A DNA stretch of 64,000 bases from Octopus sinensis. Taxonomy: Eukaryota. The stretch covers positions 119,598,001 to 119,662,000 of the forward strand of contig NC_042997.1 of NCBI RefSeq assembly GCF_006345805.1. The letters run 5' to 3'. The number at the start of each line of letters is the position of its first letter. Within the stretch, counting starts at the first letter, position 1. The position numbers were made by a program, and so were the translations under genes. The notes under the pieces were generated by a model. The model did not search any database. It saw only the letters and a program-made list of their open reading frames with translations, and had not been told where the DNA came from. Of this stretch, positions 51,873-64,000 are shown one piece after another.

Positions 51873-52090
51873 TAATCCAAACATGAAAACACAACAACGC
51901 GAGGACGTGGAACAAATATAGTATTATTGGACGCTCAGAAAGGAAGGGAAAAAGGAGGGCTTTACGTTTCGAGCGGATATCTTCGTCAGAAACATAGGAA
52001 AAGGAAAGTTCCAGAGAAGGGAAGACGGAGGAAAAAATAATCGCCAACGGTACACACGCGGTCACATTTTGAATGACCGGAGGAAATGGG
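51868..52090 (-). mobile_element. Penelope-end-like repeat carrying a minimal hammerhead
   Basis: Contains the motif at 51960-51992; its other end is shared with 20890-20960. Confidence 0.55.
51960..51992 (-). ncRNA. Minimal type I hammerhead motif
   Basis: Reverse complement TTT-CTGACGA-A-GA tatccgc TC-GAAA-CGT-A/AAG; stem II is eroded to 2 bp. Confidence 0.55.
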
Positions 52091-53272
52091 TGAAGAAAAG
52101 TTCTTTCAAAGACAGGAGAGTGCAAGAGGTGGTATGTGTGTGTAAGTGTGGATATGTGCCTGGGCGAAGGTCTGCGTGTGCATGTGTGTGTATGTGTATG
52201 TGATCAATGATAACAAGTGTGTGTATGTGTGGTTGTGGCTGTAAATCTATGTGTGTTGTAGGGCTTAGTATTGCTTAAGGTCAAGGAAGAAGGAATTAGG
52301 AGTGGCTCTTCTGTCTACCCATGGTCAGTGGGAGGTAACAAGACGAAATACGAAAGATTGAAGAATAAAATCGTTGGCTGTTAAAAGCTTGAGATCGAAA
52401 ATAACCACGACGCTGTACGAAGTGTGAGCATTTTGTAAGTTATGACATGTGGTATAATTGTATGCGAATGGAATTTTAAAAAAAACCTATAAATGAAGTT
52501 AGTAAATATAATGTAAAAATGTTGAGAGGCAGCAAAAATCGCATTAAGAAATATAATTGCATTTATTAAAATAATAGAACTGGAAATACAATATTATTAA
52601 CATCATCAACGTAACAAATCTGTAATATGCTATTCTGTTTGTGAGCGTATATTTTGAAGTTATGGCAATTATGTAAAGAAAGACAATGTAAAAATGCAAA
52701 CCAACCTAGTGCAAGGTATTTGGAAATGAAGTCTATGAAGGATCACAAGAATGATAATTTAGATGTTAAAGTAGCAAACAGAAATTATTTCGATTCTGTT
52801 AAATAAATTCATAGATACACTGTAAGTAGGTACAACATAATATTAATAAAATGTTTAAAGAGATAATTTTGCAATGTATTGTATAGAAAATATAAGAAAA
52901 TAGCAGAGGAACACAGGATAAGACTCACATATTATAATCTATAAGATGAGATCATTTTAATCCCTGCGCTCTGTAGATAAAAGCAACAATAACAACAAAA
53001 TCAACATCATAATCGACAACACCATCAACAATAAAATCAACAACAACAACAGAAACTACAATAATAAAATTCATGCCTGCTATTAACCGGTTCTGCTGGA
53101 AAAGAAACCAGAATGGAAGCGGTTTTAACTGTTGTAGAAGAGCGTGTACACCTGGAAAGAAAAAGCTACTAGAATATTTGCAGGTCAGCGCAGATAAATT
53201 TGTAAAGGCAATGAATAAAGAAAAAGTGAACAAATATGGAATAAGAGAAAAGGACAAGCATGAAAATGAAAG

Positions 53273-53337
<65 letters not shown>

Positions 53338-53379
53338 TATAGATAGATAGATAGATCATATTAAATAGATTGATGAAAA

Positions 53380-53920
53380 ACCATTGCTAGTCAGTTTTGT
53401 AAAGCCACTGAGAATGTATGTTAAAAATGTGTAATTTAATAGAAGAAACGAAGATCCTTATTGTAGCAGCTCAAACTAAAGATTTTGAAAAGAAACAACA
53501 TGAGAAAGTATGTGTATGGAGGAAAACGTGTCAGTAAAATGTAGTGTATGCAGAATTTGGGATAAAGCAATGGCATATATTCTCACAGAATAATCGAAGT
53601 TGGCTCAAGCAGATTATAATTATAAGAAACGTACTTATGACGAAGTTTACAAACTTTTACTCTGAAAACTTTGTCTGAAATGGGTGATTGCAGGTTGAAG
53701 CTGAAAGTACTTGATATAATCGTCGGATAGAAAGAATACTTGTGTTGGAAAAATGCAAGATTTTATAGGATTTTCCAATTCGAACTGATGAGACGATAGA
53801 AAATGATAAGAAATATCTAAAAGTAGGCAGGGAAAAGCGAATTTGCTTAGTGATTGATCCATCATGTCTGTTTGAATTGTGAATAAATAAGTGGAACAAC
53901 TATCAGGTCGAGTAAAATGC
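53380..53920 (+). mobile_element. R4/Dong-like LINE C-terminal relic (CCHC plus restriction-like endonuclease)
   Basis: KCSVCR..KLAQ..YKKR; EKCKIL*DFPIRTDETIEN..KRICLVID. Confidence 0.65.
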
Positions 53921-53944
53921 AAACGACATTTTGAACCTTGACAA

Positions 53945-55160
53945 AATAGTATCGGATTTTTGCAGTTTTGAATTAGAAGAAAAAAATGTTTTGAAATTGT
54001 CTGATAATACAGACATGGACTAGCCCAAATGCATCAGTAAATTAACATTGATATTTTTTTCACCGTTGTTACGATCATCTGGAATGGACCTGTCTAATTG
54101 CGATATTCGAGCAATTTTGCTATATAACTTAAAAAAAAAAGGACGTAATGGAGCTGAAGCTGCTGAGGATATTCAACGAAACTTTTGGTGAGGAAATTAA
54201 CTGTGAGTGGCCAGCTCAAAAATGGTTTAAACGATTTCGCATTGAAGACCTGAACGTTGGTGGTGGTGAGCGTAATAGACGCCCATCTGTCATCGATGAC
54301 GGTCAATTAAAGACCACCATTGAGAAGGATCCACGTAAACCCTCTCTAGAACTGGCAGAACAACTTCACGTTGGCCAGAAAACTGCCAGCAACTATTTGT
54401 ATGCGATCGGGAAATCAAAACAATCATGCCAAATGAGTGCCACACGTTTTCAATGAAAATCAGAAAATGCGCAGATATAAAATTTGCTCGTCGCTTCTCC
54501 TCCGTAACCAGACCGATCCAATTCTCGACCATATAGTAACTTGCGATGAAAAGTGGATTCTGTGCAATAGTGAAAATCGTTCTTCACAGTAATTTGGACC
54601 AAAATGAAACACCGGAAAGCTTCCCTACACCTGAGCTCTTCAAAAAGAATGCTATGGTGAATGTTAGGTGGTGTACTGCTGAACCTATGCACTATAACTT
54701 CTTAAACCCTGAATAAAACCATTACAGAAGAAACATATTCCCATGAAATTTCCAAAATGAATGAAATGCTGCTACTCCTCCGTCCCAAACTAGCCAACAG
54801 AAGAGGGCCAATTATTATTCATGACAATGCTCGACCACCCGTTTCAATAACGACGCTCCAGAAGTTGAGTGAACTTGCCCAAAATGTTCCTCTCCACCCA
54901 GATTATTCCCCATACCTTTCTCCAACCGACTATCATTTTTTGAAGCACCTTGATGGTTTCCTGCGTGAGGAGTTCAAAAATCAAACCGATACTGAAAGTG
55001 CGTTCAAAAAGGCCATCAACTCCTAAACAAACTTGTAACTCCTTGGCAAAAAGGTACTGATTGTTTTGGTACTTACTTTGATGAATAAACTTTCAGCGTT
55101 GATAAAATATATAACTTCATGTTTCAAAAAGTTGCTTACTTTTAACTCAGCCCGATAAGA
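53945..55160 (+). pseudogene. mariner (DD34D) transposon relic
   Basis: AQKWFKRFR..RPSVIDD; VPHVFNENQK; IVTCDEKWIL; HDNARP; HPDYSPYLSPTDYHFL; frameshifted; decayed TIR-like right end at about 55135-55160. Confidence 0.85.
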
Positions 55161-55229
55161 GTATACACTCCCTTAAAATTTGAGTTTGCGAGAATTTGAA
55201 ATATGGAAACTGTAAATGTTCTAACTGCA

Positions 55230-57340
55230 GTAAATGGAGCATGAGGGCATATTAAATAAAAGGACAAATGGATGAAGAAGATTGGAATGCAATCTCCTGC
55301 AAGATTCATAAAATGTTTACCTATTAGGAACAGAGAATCAGAACAATTTTGAGTACTTAAAAGATTATTGAAAGTTTGCGGATATCTAGGGTTACCGGTA
55401 ACCCACTAACAACTTCACTTCTGCCAAGAAGTCAGGTAAAAAAATAATAATTATAGTAACAATATGTTTTCCTGTTTTCCTGCCCGGGGTCGTTAATTCA
55501 TTATTATTTTCATTTACACTCAACAGGTTAGACTGTTGCAAAAGAAAAAATCCTAACAGCAAGTAATCTCAGATGCCAAGAACCCTCCTACGTGACCCAT
55601 TCTCATGACTACTATTGCGCACTTATCTATGCCACATTTTCATGCCTATATTTTTGCTGAAGATTCTTAGAGTCTGCATTAAGGAATCTACCTCTTTTTT
55701 ATTCTTACTGAAAAGGTTCAGATCATCCATGTAGAACAAAGGGTTAATTTTCCCCTTACTATTTCTGAACAGAAACCCTATCTCCCCCTTCCTTAATACT
55801 AACCTATGAGGGATCAAGCATAAAACAAATATTAAAAGGGACAACGAGTCCCTTGAAAATTTCTCTTTTGATATTAACTTTCCCAGACTGTGTCACCTGA
55901 GTGTAGATCTACTTTCCATATCTTCATGCTACATCTAATTAATTATCTTATGTTGTCTGCTTTACTGAACAGACTCTCATGAAAACTATTAAATTTCTTT
56001 AGCCAGTAATCTTGAACTAAATCTGATCCTGGGTCCCACCAGTTCAGCATTTTCCCGTAGACTTTACTCATTAATGCACTAGTTAATCTTCGATCTGGCT
56101 GCTTCTCACTCATTACTTATTTCCTAACGTTCTTTAACCATACTGCATCTCCATTATGTTTGACTGGCTTAACCCAAATATTACTCCAGAACCTTCTAGC
56201 TCCTTCTACATTTAGTACTTTGTTCTCCACTATTTATTTGGTTATAAAATCTCCTGTGATCAGTCTCAAATAATCTACTCCGTTGATCCTGATCTATACT
56301 TTTCTGATAGCCGGAGATTTTGCAAGATACTGATATGATATGCTGTTTCAATTCTTCTATTACTGTCGGAAATCCTTTTTCTTTGACTAACTATCTTTTC
56401 TCGGGGGAAGATCTGCAATTTATGTTCTCTAACTAGTTCAGTTTCCAGGCTTCTATTCTGTCATATCTTGTCTTAAAAATCTTCACTTATTTTTGTCGAC
56501 ACCTTCTCCACATTTGTTATTTTTCAATCGTTCCCTGTGAAATATCTAATCCTCTGGTGACTACTACCCCTCATGCATAGATCAGTGAATCAATGTCTCT
56601 TATATCGTTAATATTTCTCCTCCTGATAACAGAATCTATTTTCCTGGTCATAACAAGCGGTTTCCTACTTTTGGCGCCTTTCATTGCTGGCAACATTCTT
56701 CTTACTGCTTTACTCATTACTTCCTGCAACTCAACAATAATCTCCTGATCTTCCCTTTAATCACCTAACTCGCAGGTGCCAGTTGTCATTTCATTATTGG
56801 AAGTGCTATTATAATTAATTGTTCCTTTAGGTTATTCTTTGGTTTGAGCCGTATCTCATATATTGTTATTTGTGTTTCTTACAACATGGTATTTCTTTCC
56901 CAGTTCTCTCGTCATGTCTTCTACCTCCAATTCTGTCATCTAATTTCTTCTACTAATAGTATTAACAGGATCAACTAAATTCTGCTCATTCACTTTAAAC
57001 ATAACCATGTCTAACGAAAATATTAACATCCATTCTCTATAGTCCCTTTTAAGTTCACTTTATAAATAGCACTGCATCAATACCCTGTTTTCGTTTTTTT
57101 TTCGCTATCTTTTTTCCCCCTCTTGAGTCTATTAACTGCTGATGTTGTATTAGGATAGCAGTTGTGGTCAGTCTGCAATTTTACTGAACCGCTGACGAGC
57201 GAGAGGCCTTCTCTTCACTTTCGTTTCTACTCTGCATTTTTTCTGAAAATCCTGTTTTGCATAAACTGAGGTAAGGTAACGTTGGTCAACATCGTAATCA
57301 CCACTATTATTTTTCGCCATCTGTGAGTTTCTATTGCATC
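55230..57340 (-). mobile_element. Decayed R4/Dong-like LINE (N-terminal region plus RT)
   Basis: LFETDHRRFYNQ..RFWSNIW..HNGDAVWLK..NWWDPGSDLVQDYWLKKF; PLFYMDDLNLFSKNKKEVDSL. Confidence 0.75.
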
Positions 57341-57384
57341 ATTTCTTGAAATTTGCGCTGGTGGGCTGGTGCGTGCTGCATTTC

Positions 57385-58040
57385 ATTCTTCTTCTTCTTC
57401 TTCTTCTTCTTCTTCTTTTCTTCTTCTTCTTCTTCTTCTTCTTCTTCTTCTTCTTCTTTTCTTCTTCTTCTTTTCTTCTTCTTCTTCTTCTCCTCCTCCT
57501 TCTTCTTCTTCTCTTCTTCTTCTTCTTCTTCTTCTTCTTCATCATCTTCTTCTTCATCATCTTCTTCTTCTTCTATTCTTCTTCTTCTTCTTCTTCATTT
57601 CTTCTTCTATTTCTTCTATTTCTTCTTCTTCTTCCATTTCTTCTTCTATTTCTTCTTTTCTTCTTCTTCTTTCTTCTTCTTCTTCTTCTTCTTCTTCTTT
57701 TTTTCTTCTTCTTCTTTCTTCTTCTTTCTTCTTCTTCTTCTTCTTCTTCTTCTTCTTCTTCTTCTCTTCTTCTTCTTCATCATCTTCTTCTTCATCATCT
57801 TCTTCTTCATCATATTCTTCTTCTTCTTCTTCTTCCATTTCTTCTTCTATTTCTTCTATTTCTTCTTCTTCCATTTCTTCTTCTATTTCTTCTATTTCTT
57901 CTTCTTCTTCCATTTCTTCTTCTATTTCTTCTATTTCTTCTTCTTCTTCTTCTTCTTCTTCTATATTCTTCTTCTTCTTCTATTTCTTCTTCTAATTCTT
58001 CTTCTTCTTCTTCTTCTTTTCTTCTTCTTCTTCTTCTTAT
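57385..58040. repeat. About 650-bp (TTC)n compound microsatellite with higher-order repeats
   Basis: Direct reading; recurring catttcttcttctatttcttctatttcttcttctt units; followed by (TTA)n to about 58100. Confidence 0.95.
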
Positions 58041-58129
58041 TATTATTATTATATTATTTTTACTATTATTATTATTATTAGTATTATCATTATTATTCAG
58101 TAATCTTATTTTTATAACGTGCCTTCATT

Positions 58130-58790
58130 GCACTGTCGAGCGCAGCTCTGCGTGTCTTAGGTAACTATATTGAAAGTGTTCTACGTAGAATGTATGCAGT
58201 GCCTAGTAGTACCATTTTCTGTATATAGGTCCTGGTGTTTTGTTATATATTTGTCTGAATATTTTTTATCATACCTAATGCGCCCACTATAATAGGAATT
58301 GTTCTGCTTTTAGACTCCACATTCGAGTTACGTCTGTTTAAATGTCTTCGTATTTTGAAAGTTTCTCCAATTTTAGAGAAACGTTGTCATTTATTGGTAT
58401 TGATACATCAATTAGAATGAATATTCTTTCTTCATGGTCTCTGATAACTATATCTGGCCCATTGATTTTAATTTCTCTATCTGTGTGTATTGGCGTATCC
58501 CATATTATTGTTGCTTTCTCATATTCTGTGAACCTCTCTGGCGTGTGCCTATACAATCTTTTTTCCTGTTGTAATTATATTGTGATGTTATAGCTTCTGG
58601 ATCACGTCGAGCCTGACAGCAGCTCCAATATTCTTAATATGTTTTTCAAAGCCCTTGGAAACTGATCCTAATGCTCCAATTACCACCGGTATCACCATTA
58701 CTTTCCTCATACCCCATAACTTTCGTGTCTCATCCCGCAGTAGCTGACATTTCTCTATCTTTAGTGTAGAGGTGGTGGCTTTGACAATGG
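58130..58790 (-). mobile_element. R4/Dong-like LINE 3' fragments (restriction-like endonuclease domain)
   Basis: IIWDTPIHTDREIKINGPDIVIRD..ILIDVSIP..EKLSKYEDI; VIPVVIGALGSVSK; ends toward (AAT)n. Confidence 0.8.
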
Positions 58791-59309
58791 CATTTACCTT
58801 TGAAGTTATGCTGAGACATGATAATGCTAATGCTACTGATGAATACCTGCTTGAAAGACAGAAGGATAGACAAGAATCAAAATTGTAGGAAGTCTTGCCT
58901 GAAGGGTTAATATTAAACAAGGAAATATTAAACAAGGAGTAATGAGAGGCAGAAACAAAAATGGAGCAGTGATAACTGCCTAGCTTAGTTATGAGACAGG
59001 TAATCGTGATCAACAGAGATAATAAAGGAGTGAGGAAAATTGAATATGCGGGAGACAGCAAGCTTGTTGACCAGGATCAGGAGCGTTTCTTTGGTGACTA
59101 TAGACAATTGACTCTTCGTTTGTTGTGGAAGTGATGGACCAGATGTAGGAGCAGTAAACACCCAGTAATAGACGTGAGATATGCAGGGATATTGCATCCA
59201 TAGATCCGCAATATCCCGGCATATCTCACGTCTATTTTCATTCCTCCACTTCACTCTCTGTTTCATACTTTATCTAAAATAACTATTGCTTAATCACTTT
59301 CTTACACAG

Positions 59310-59356
59310 TCTCCGATGAAGCGATATATAAAATATCCAGGAAACAGCTGTAAGAA
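59310..59356 (+). ncRNA. Degenerate hammerhead relic
   Basis: TCT-CCGATGA-a-gcGATAT..ATATCcag-GAAA-CAGCTG-TA/AGA; U4 is mutated. Confidence 0.45.
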
Positions 59357-59669
59357 CTTCTATTTATAAATGTTCTAAAATCTTTCACAGCATTTTAATG
59401 TTTATCTCATTCCGAAACTTATATATATATATATATGTATATGAAAAAAATAAGTTTAAAAGAGAACAATGCAAGCTATTTCAGATGTTGAAAAAGAGAT
59501 AAAGAGCGATTTCTAATAAAGTTTCATAATATTTACAAAAAAACAGCTAAAGCAATTAATAAGAACGGTAATAATAATAGTAAGAGAGACGAAAGGAGAA
59601 AATAAAAAATATACATATCAATGTGTATGCACGTCTATATGTGCGATAAACTATAACATAAAAATATCC

Positions 59670-62600
59670 CTGAAGACGTCCAAACCGAAGGGAACAAAAT
59701 CGAAGCGGCCAAAGAAGGCGAAGGAACCGGCGGTCGTTTCCACACATGATCGTTCCTGTGCGGATTCTTCCTCATCTGCCTTTTCGGTCCCGGAGGTTCC
59801 CCAACCTAATTTGAGGAGCTAGACTCAAACCCACCTGAAGACCGTTGTTCTCCCAAAAAGAAAGAAACGTAGTCAAAACTCCAGTGGGGCAGATTTAGCT
59901 ACGAAACCTGCTCACGATAAAATTTGTTTGGATTCTCCCTCACTTGTCCTTCCCATTAATGCCATTGCTCAACCAATTCTGAATGATTTTGATGTGAGTT
60001 AATCTGGAGAGTGGTGCTCCTCCAAACCGAAGAAGAGGCAGTGCAGTTCCAAACCAGGCGGGAAAGTTATGAACAAAAACCCATCACGATCGACCCCAAA
60101 GGCCGACATAAGTCTGATGGCTATGAAACCACCCTCTCGAAATCATCGAACGAAGAATCGAATGCCGCAGCTCATAATAGAGAACAGTAAGACCATTTTG
60201 TCCACTCAAGATCAGCAATCATTTATGGTTAAGCTGAATCCACCTGTGATACAGGCATAAACCGCCTAAAAGAAGACATAAATTTTGTTTCCGTTTTAGT
60301 TGGAGAATTGTTCTCTGTCAACGAAAATGTCAGTATCCATAAGGTCGCTCGGCTAGGAATATTCCAAGCGAGCTCAACGGCAGACACTAGACCACGCCCA
60401 ATAAGAGTAATCTTTTCTTCCGATCAGGAGGCTTCAACCTTTCTCAACAGAGCTCAGATGCATGCCTGGGAGGACCCCAATATGGGTTTTCGCGAGGAAT
60501 ACTCACTGAGAGAGAGAATTCACCGGAGAAATCTAATATCCGAACTGAAGATGAGAAAACAGATGTGAGAGAAGGGTTTATGCATCCAAGATGGACAAAC
60601 AATCAAGTCCTACCTCTGGTCACATGCTGTAGTGCTGACAGGGAAAGTGAATCGAGGGCGAATCGAAGTAAAGTAGATACCACCGTCAACGATGCTATCT
60701 CTGATACCCCTTATTCTGTTGTTCCCCAATTCCCGCCCCTCAAACTTCACAGCTCAGCATCGTCTATACCAACTCGTGCTCCTTATTTCCAAAGTTCAGA
60801 GAACTATTTACATTGGCCATGCGTGATTCCCCTGATGTGATAGCGATCACCGAGACTTGGCTAACTCCAGCATTAAAGGACTCGAAAATCCACCTACAGG
60901 GCTACGCCCTCTTCAGATGTGACAGAGAGAAAAGACGAGGTTGCTGTGTATGTTAAATCTGTGTATGTTAAATCTGATCTCAAACCGTCCAGCGGTATTC
61001 TACCCAATAATGCTCAACCTACAACAAAGTTCGATGCCGTATATTGCAAGCTGAGCCTATCCGGGTTTTGCCTGCCCGTGTTAGCTGTCTACAGGCCGCC
61101 TCTTGCCGACCATCTAGACGATGCTCATTTACTCGAAGCGATAAGGTTCGTTTCAGCTTCTCATGACTGTTTGATATTAGGAGACTAATCGATTGGCCCT
61201 CATCAATTTGCTCATCATCCTCCCGGTTCGGCCAGGTCCTTCTTGACGTGGCGGAAGATTGTTTTCTATCGCAACATGTCGAATATCCGACAAAGCATCG
61301 GTCTGGGCAGCAGCCATCTATGCTGGATCTGGTATTCTCCCGCTATCCAAGACCAGTGTCAGACGTATCTGTGTGCGCCCCTCTTGCCAAGAGTGATCAT
61401 GCGGTCCTGAAGTTCGTCATGCACACCACATTTTCTACGCCCACGACAACTTCGCTGCCACGTAGTCTTCTCTGCAATTAATCTTGAAATTCTAACCGAG
61501 GCTTCCGCGCTTCTGGACTGGCGATCCCTGATGACGTTGTCCTCAGTTGACGAACTATGGTCGTCCCTCAAAACATATGTAATCTGGTTGACTGACCAAG
61601 CAGTTCCCGTTGGGCTTCCCAAGGAGAAGAAACACAAGCCCTGGGTGACGAAGAAGGTTAAACAAGAACTTCGACTCAGAGATATTGCTTGGGCTGAATT
61701 CAAAAATCTGGATTCGACTGCAGCTTTTGAGGTGTACACAACTCAACGAGACTGAGCCGTGAAAATTGAAAAGAAGAACGCTTCAGATATGAATACAGAA
61801 TCGCGGCAAACGCCAGTAGCAATCCAAAAACCTTCTTTGCCCATGTCCAACGGAATTCCCGCTTAAACAACCAAATTACAACGTTGGTAGACTCAACAGG
61901 CGTATCAATTGAGGACCATTATCAACAGAGTCAATTATTTACCGAGGCTTTTTCAACTATTTTCAAACAAGATGATGGTCGTGAACCCCCTCCATTTGAT
62001 AGATCGCTACCTCCAATGCTTCGATCGGTCATCACGCGAGACGAAGTCGAACGCGTTATTCAAGGCCTCGATGTCAACAAGGGTCACAGCCCTGACGGCG
62101 TACACCCACGGGTTATCAAAGCGTTGGCTCCGGTCATCTGCGAGCCCTTAACACATCTATTCAATATGTTATTGGCGACGGGTGTTATACCTGCGGACTG
62201 GAGAACAGCGATAATCTGCCCAATTTTCAAGAAAGGGAGCCGCGAAGACCCGCTTAACTACCAACCGGTTTCCCTTACATCAATAATCAGCAAGATGTTC
62301 GAAACCATGTTTAAGAAAAGTATGATGCTCCACCTCCAAAACACAGCCTCTATCTCTGATTCCCAACACGGCTTCGTGCCGAAGAGATCATGCTTGACTA
62401 ACTTACTGGTAATGGAAGAATTAGTGACGCGCATCCTCGATAATAGTGATGCTGTTGACCTATGTTTTTATGGACTTTGCCAAAGCTTTTGACTCGGTAA
62501 ACCACCGCCTATTACTTGACAAGCTTCAAGCATATAGTTTCCATCCGGATATTGTACGATGGGTTGGTGCCTTCCTCTCAGATCGCTCCTTCCAAGTCCA

Positions 62601-63610
62601 AGTTAATGGTTCGCGGCCCGACGTCTCCAGTGCGAGTAGTGGCCTGCCTCAAGGTTCAGTGCTTGGGCCCTTATTGTTCTTAGTCTTCATAAATGACTTG
62701 CCCGACGACCTCACGCAACACACCCTTCTATTTGCCGACGATGTCAAACTGGTCGCTCCTCGCGGTGATATAGAGGATCTTCGTCGATGCCTCCACCAAA
62801 TTTGGAGATGGTCTAACGAATGGGACCTGTGTCTGAACGTGTCAAAGTGCTGTCATCTGCCTGTTGGCTCTCCTCCTGCAACTCAACTTGATTTCGAGCC
62901 GGGTCGTCTGCTACAGGAGAGGACCGATCAGGTAAAGGACCTGGTATCTTGGTGGATTCCTCCTTTTCGCCTTCGGCCCGGTGCGTCCATACTGCCAACA
63001 AAACACGCGGAGTTCTGTTCTTGATTCGACGGTCATTCGGAATGCTCACAGCAGCCATATTCCTACTGCTCTATGTCACGCTGGTGAGACCCATATTGGA
63101 GTACGGGATTCAAGCCTCTTCTCCTTATCTCCTCAAAGACATACAGCATCTCGAAAGAGTCCAGAAGCTGGCTACCCGCATGGTTCTTGATCTGAAGAAT
63201 TTGTCGTATGAAGAAAGGCTGAAGACGCTCGACCTTTATTCTCTAGAAAAACGACGACGCCGTGGTGATCTCATTCTTGCTCACAACATCATAAGCGGAA
63301 AGTGTAACATCTTGAAGGAGCTGTTCTTCACTCCTGCTCCAGAGCGTCGGCTGCAGGGTCATTCCGAAAAGCTCTATATGCTACGATTTCATCTCAATCG
63401 AAGGAGAGGGGCTTTCTCCGTCTGGGTTGCGGATCCGTGGAATAAGCTGCTGGCCGAGATGGTGAAGATGCCGACGACCGCTCGGTTCAAAGTCTCCCTT
63501 GACCACAAGTGGCCTGAACTCTTTACATGAACACCACCCTGTACATAAATCAATGTCCCCCTACATGGCCTTGCTTTTTTGCTTTTTGAGCTAAAAATAA
63601 CTAACTAACA
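59670..63610 (+). mobile_element. Near full-length CR1/L2-group LINE (ORF1 relic, APE endonuclease, RT), frameshifted
   Basis: ORF1-like LG..RPRPIRVIF..ERIHRRNL; APE PDVIAITETWL, VYRPP, LDLVF, SDH; RT PDGVHPRVIK, NYQPVSLTS, QHGF, DFAKAFDSV, PQGSVLGPLLF, FADDVKL; tail (TAAC)n at about 63598-63609. The 5' boundary is approximate. Confidence 0.9.
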
Positions 63611-63630
63611 CATATATATATATATATATA

Positions 63631-63665
<35 letters not shown>

Positions 63666-63813
63666 TGTATGTATATATATATAGATACATATATATATTT
63701 ATACATATACATTTATGTGAAAATATTTATATTTTTATATACATAGATATTTATATACATTTATATGAAAATATATCTATATCAATATCTATCTTTCTAT
63801 CTATCTATCTATC

Positions 63814-63893
<80 letters not shown>

Positions 63894-64000
63894 TATATAT
63901 ATACAAGCACACATGCGTAATACATACATATAACTCTTGAATATACACACATAAAATGCACTGCAATATATGTGTGCAACAGTGTTCTCTGGATGTGCAT

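Noticed and set aside
57188-57230. CTGACGA followed by a small hairpin
   Set aside because: No GAAA box downstream; lies in a LINE relic
57557-57913. Acidic MEEEEEIEEIEEE repeat protein
   Set aside because: Reverse-strand translation of the (TTC)n tract; no splice or codon evidence

Overview
AT-rich, microsatellite-dense metazoan genomic DNA. The SINE families and repeat landscape look like an octopus (coleoid cephalopod) genome; this is an inference from recognition, not a search. No host protein-coding gene can be firmly supported, only a few candidate exons. The one long intact ORF is the Rep/PIF1-helicase of an apparently complete, young Helitron (33950-40075). It has a 5' TC, a 3' hairpin plus CTAG, and sits in the (TA)n tract of a SINE; its protein carries nine 23-aa STPR-like repeats at the N-terminus. 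The remainder is decayed LINEs (RTE, CR1/L2-group, R4/Dong-like), Tc1, Tigger and mariner transposase relics, tRNA-derived SINEs and simple repeats. The most striking unannotated layer is a set of non-coding elements carrying type I hammerhead ribozyme (HHR) motifs with palindromic stem III. Intact cores are at 13461-13551(-), 14210-14300(+), 30392-30470(+), 40692-40790(+) and 51960-51992(-), with several relics elsewhere. They lie in fold-back or terminally redundant units of about 583 and 474 bp whose copies are circular permutations of one unit, as expected for Penelope-dependent retrozyme-like or circRNA elements. A tRNA-headed SINE-like element also ends in a minimal hammerhead.
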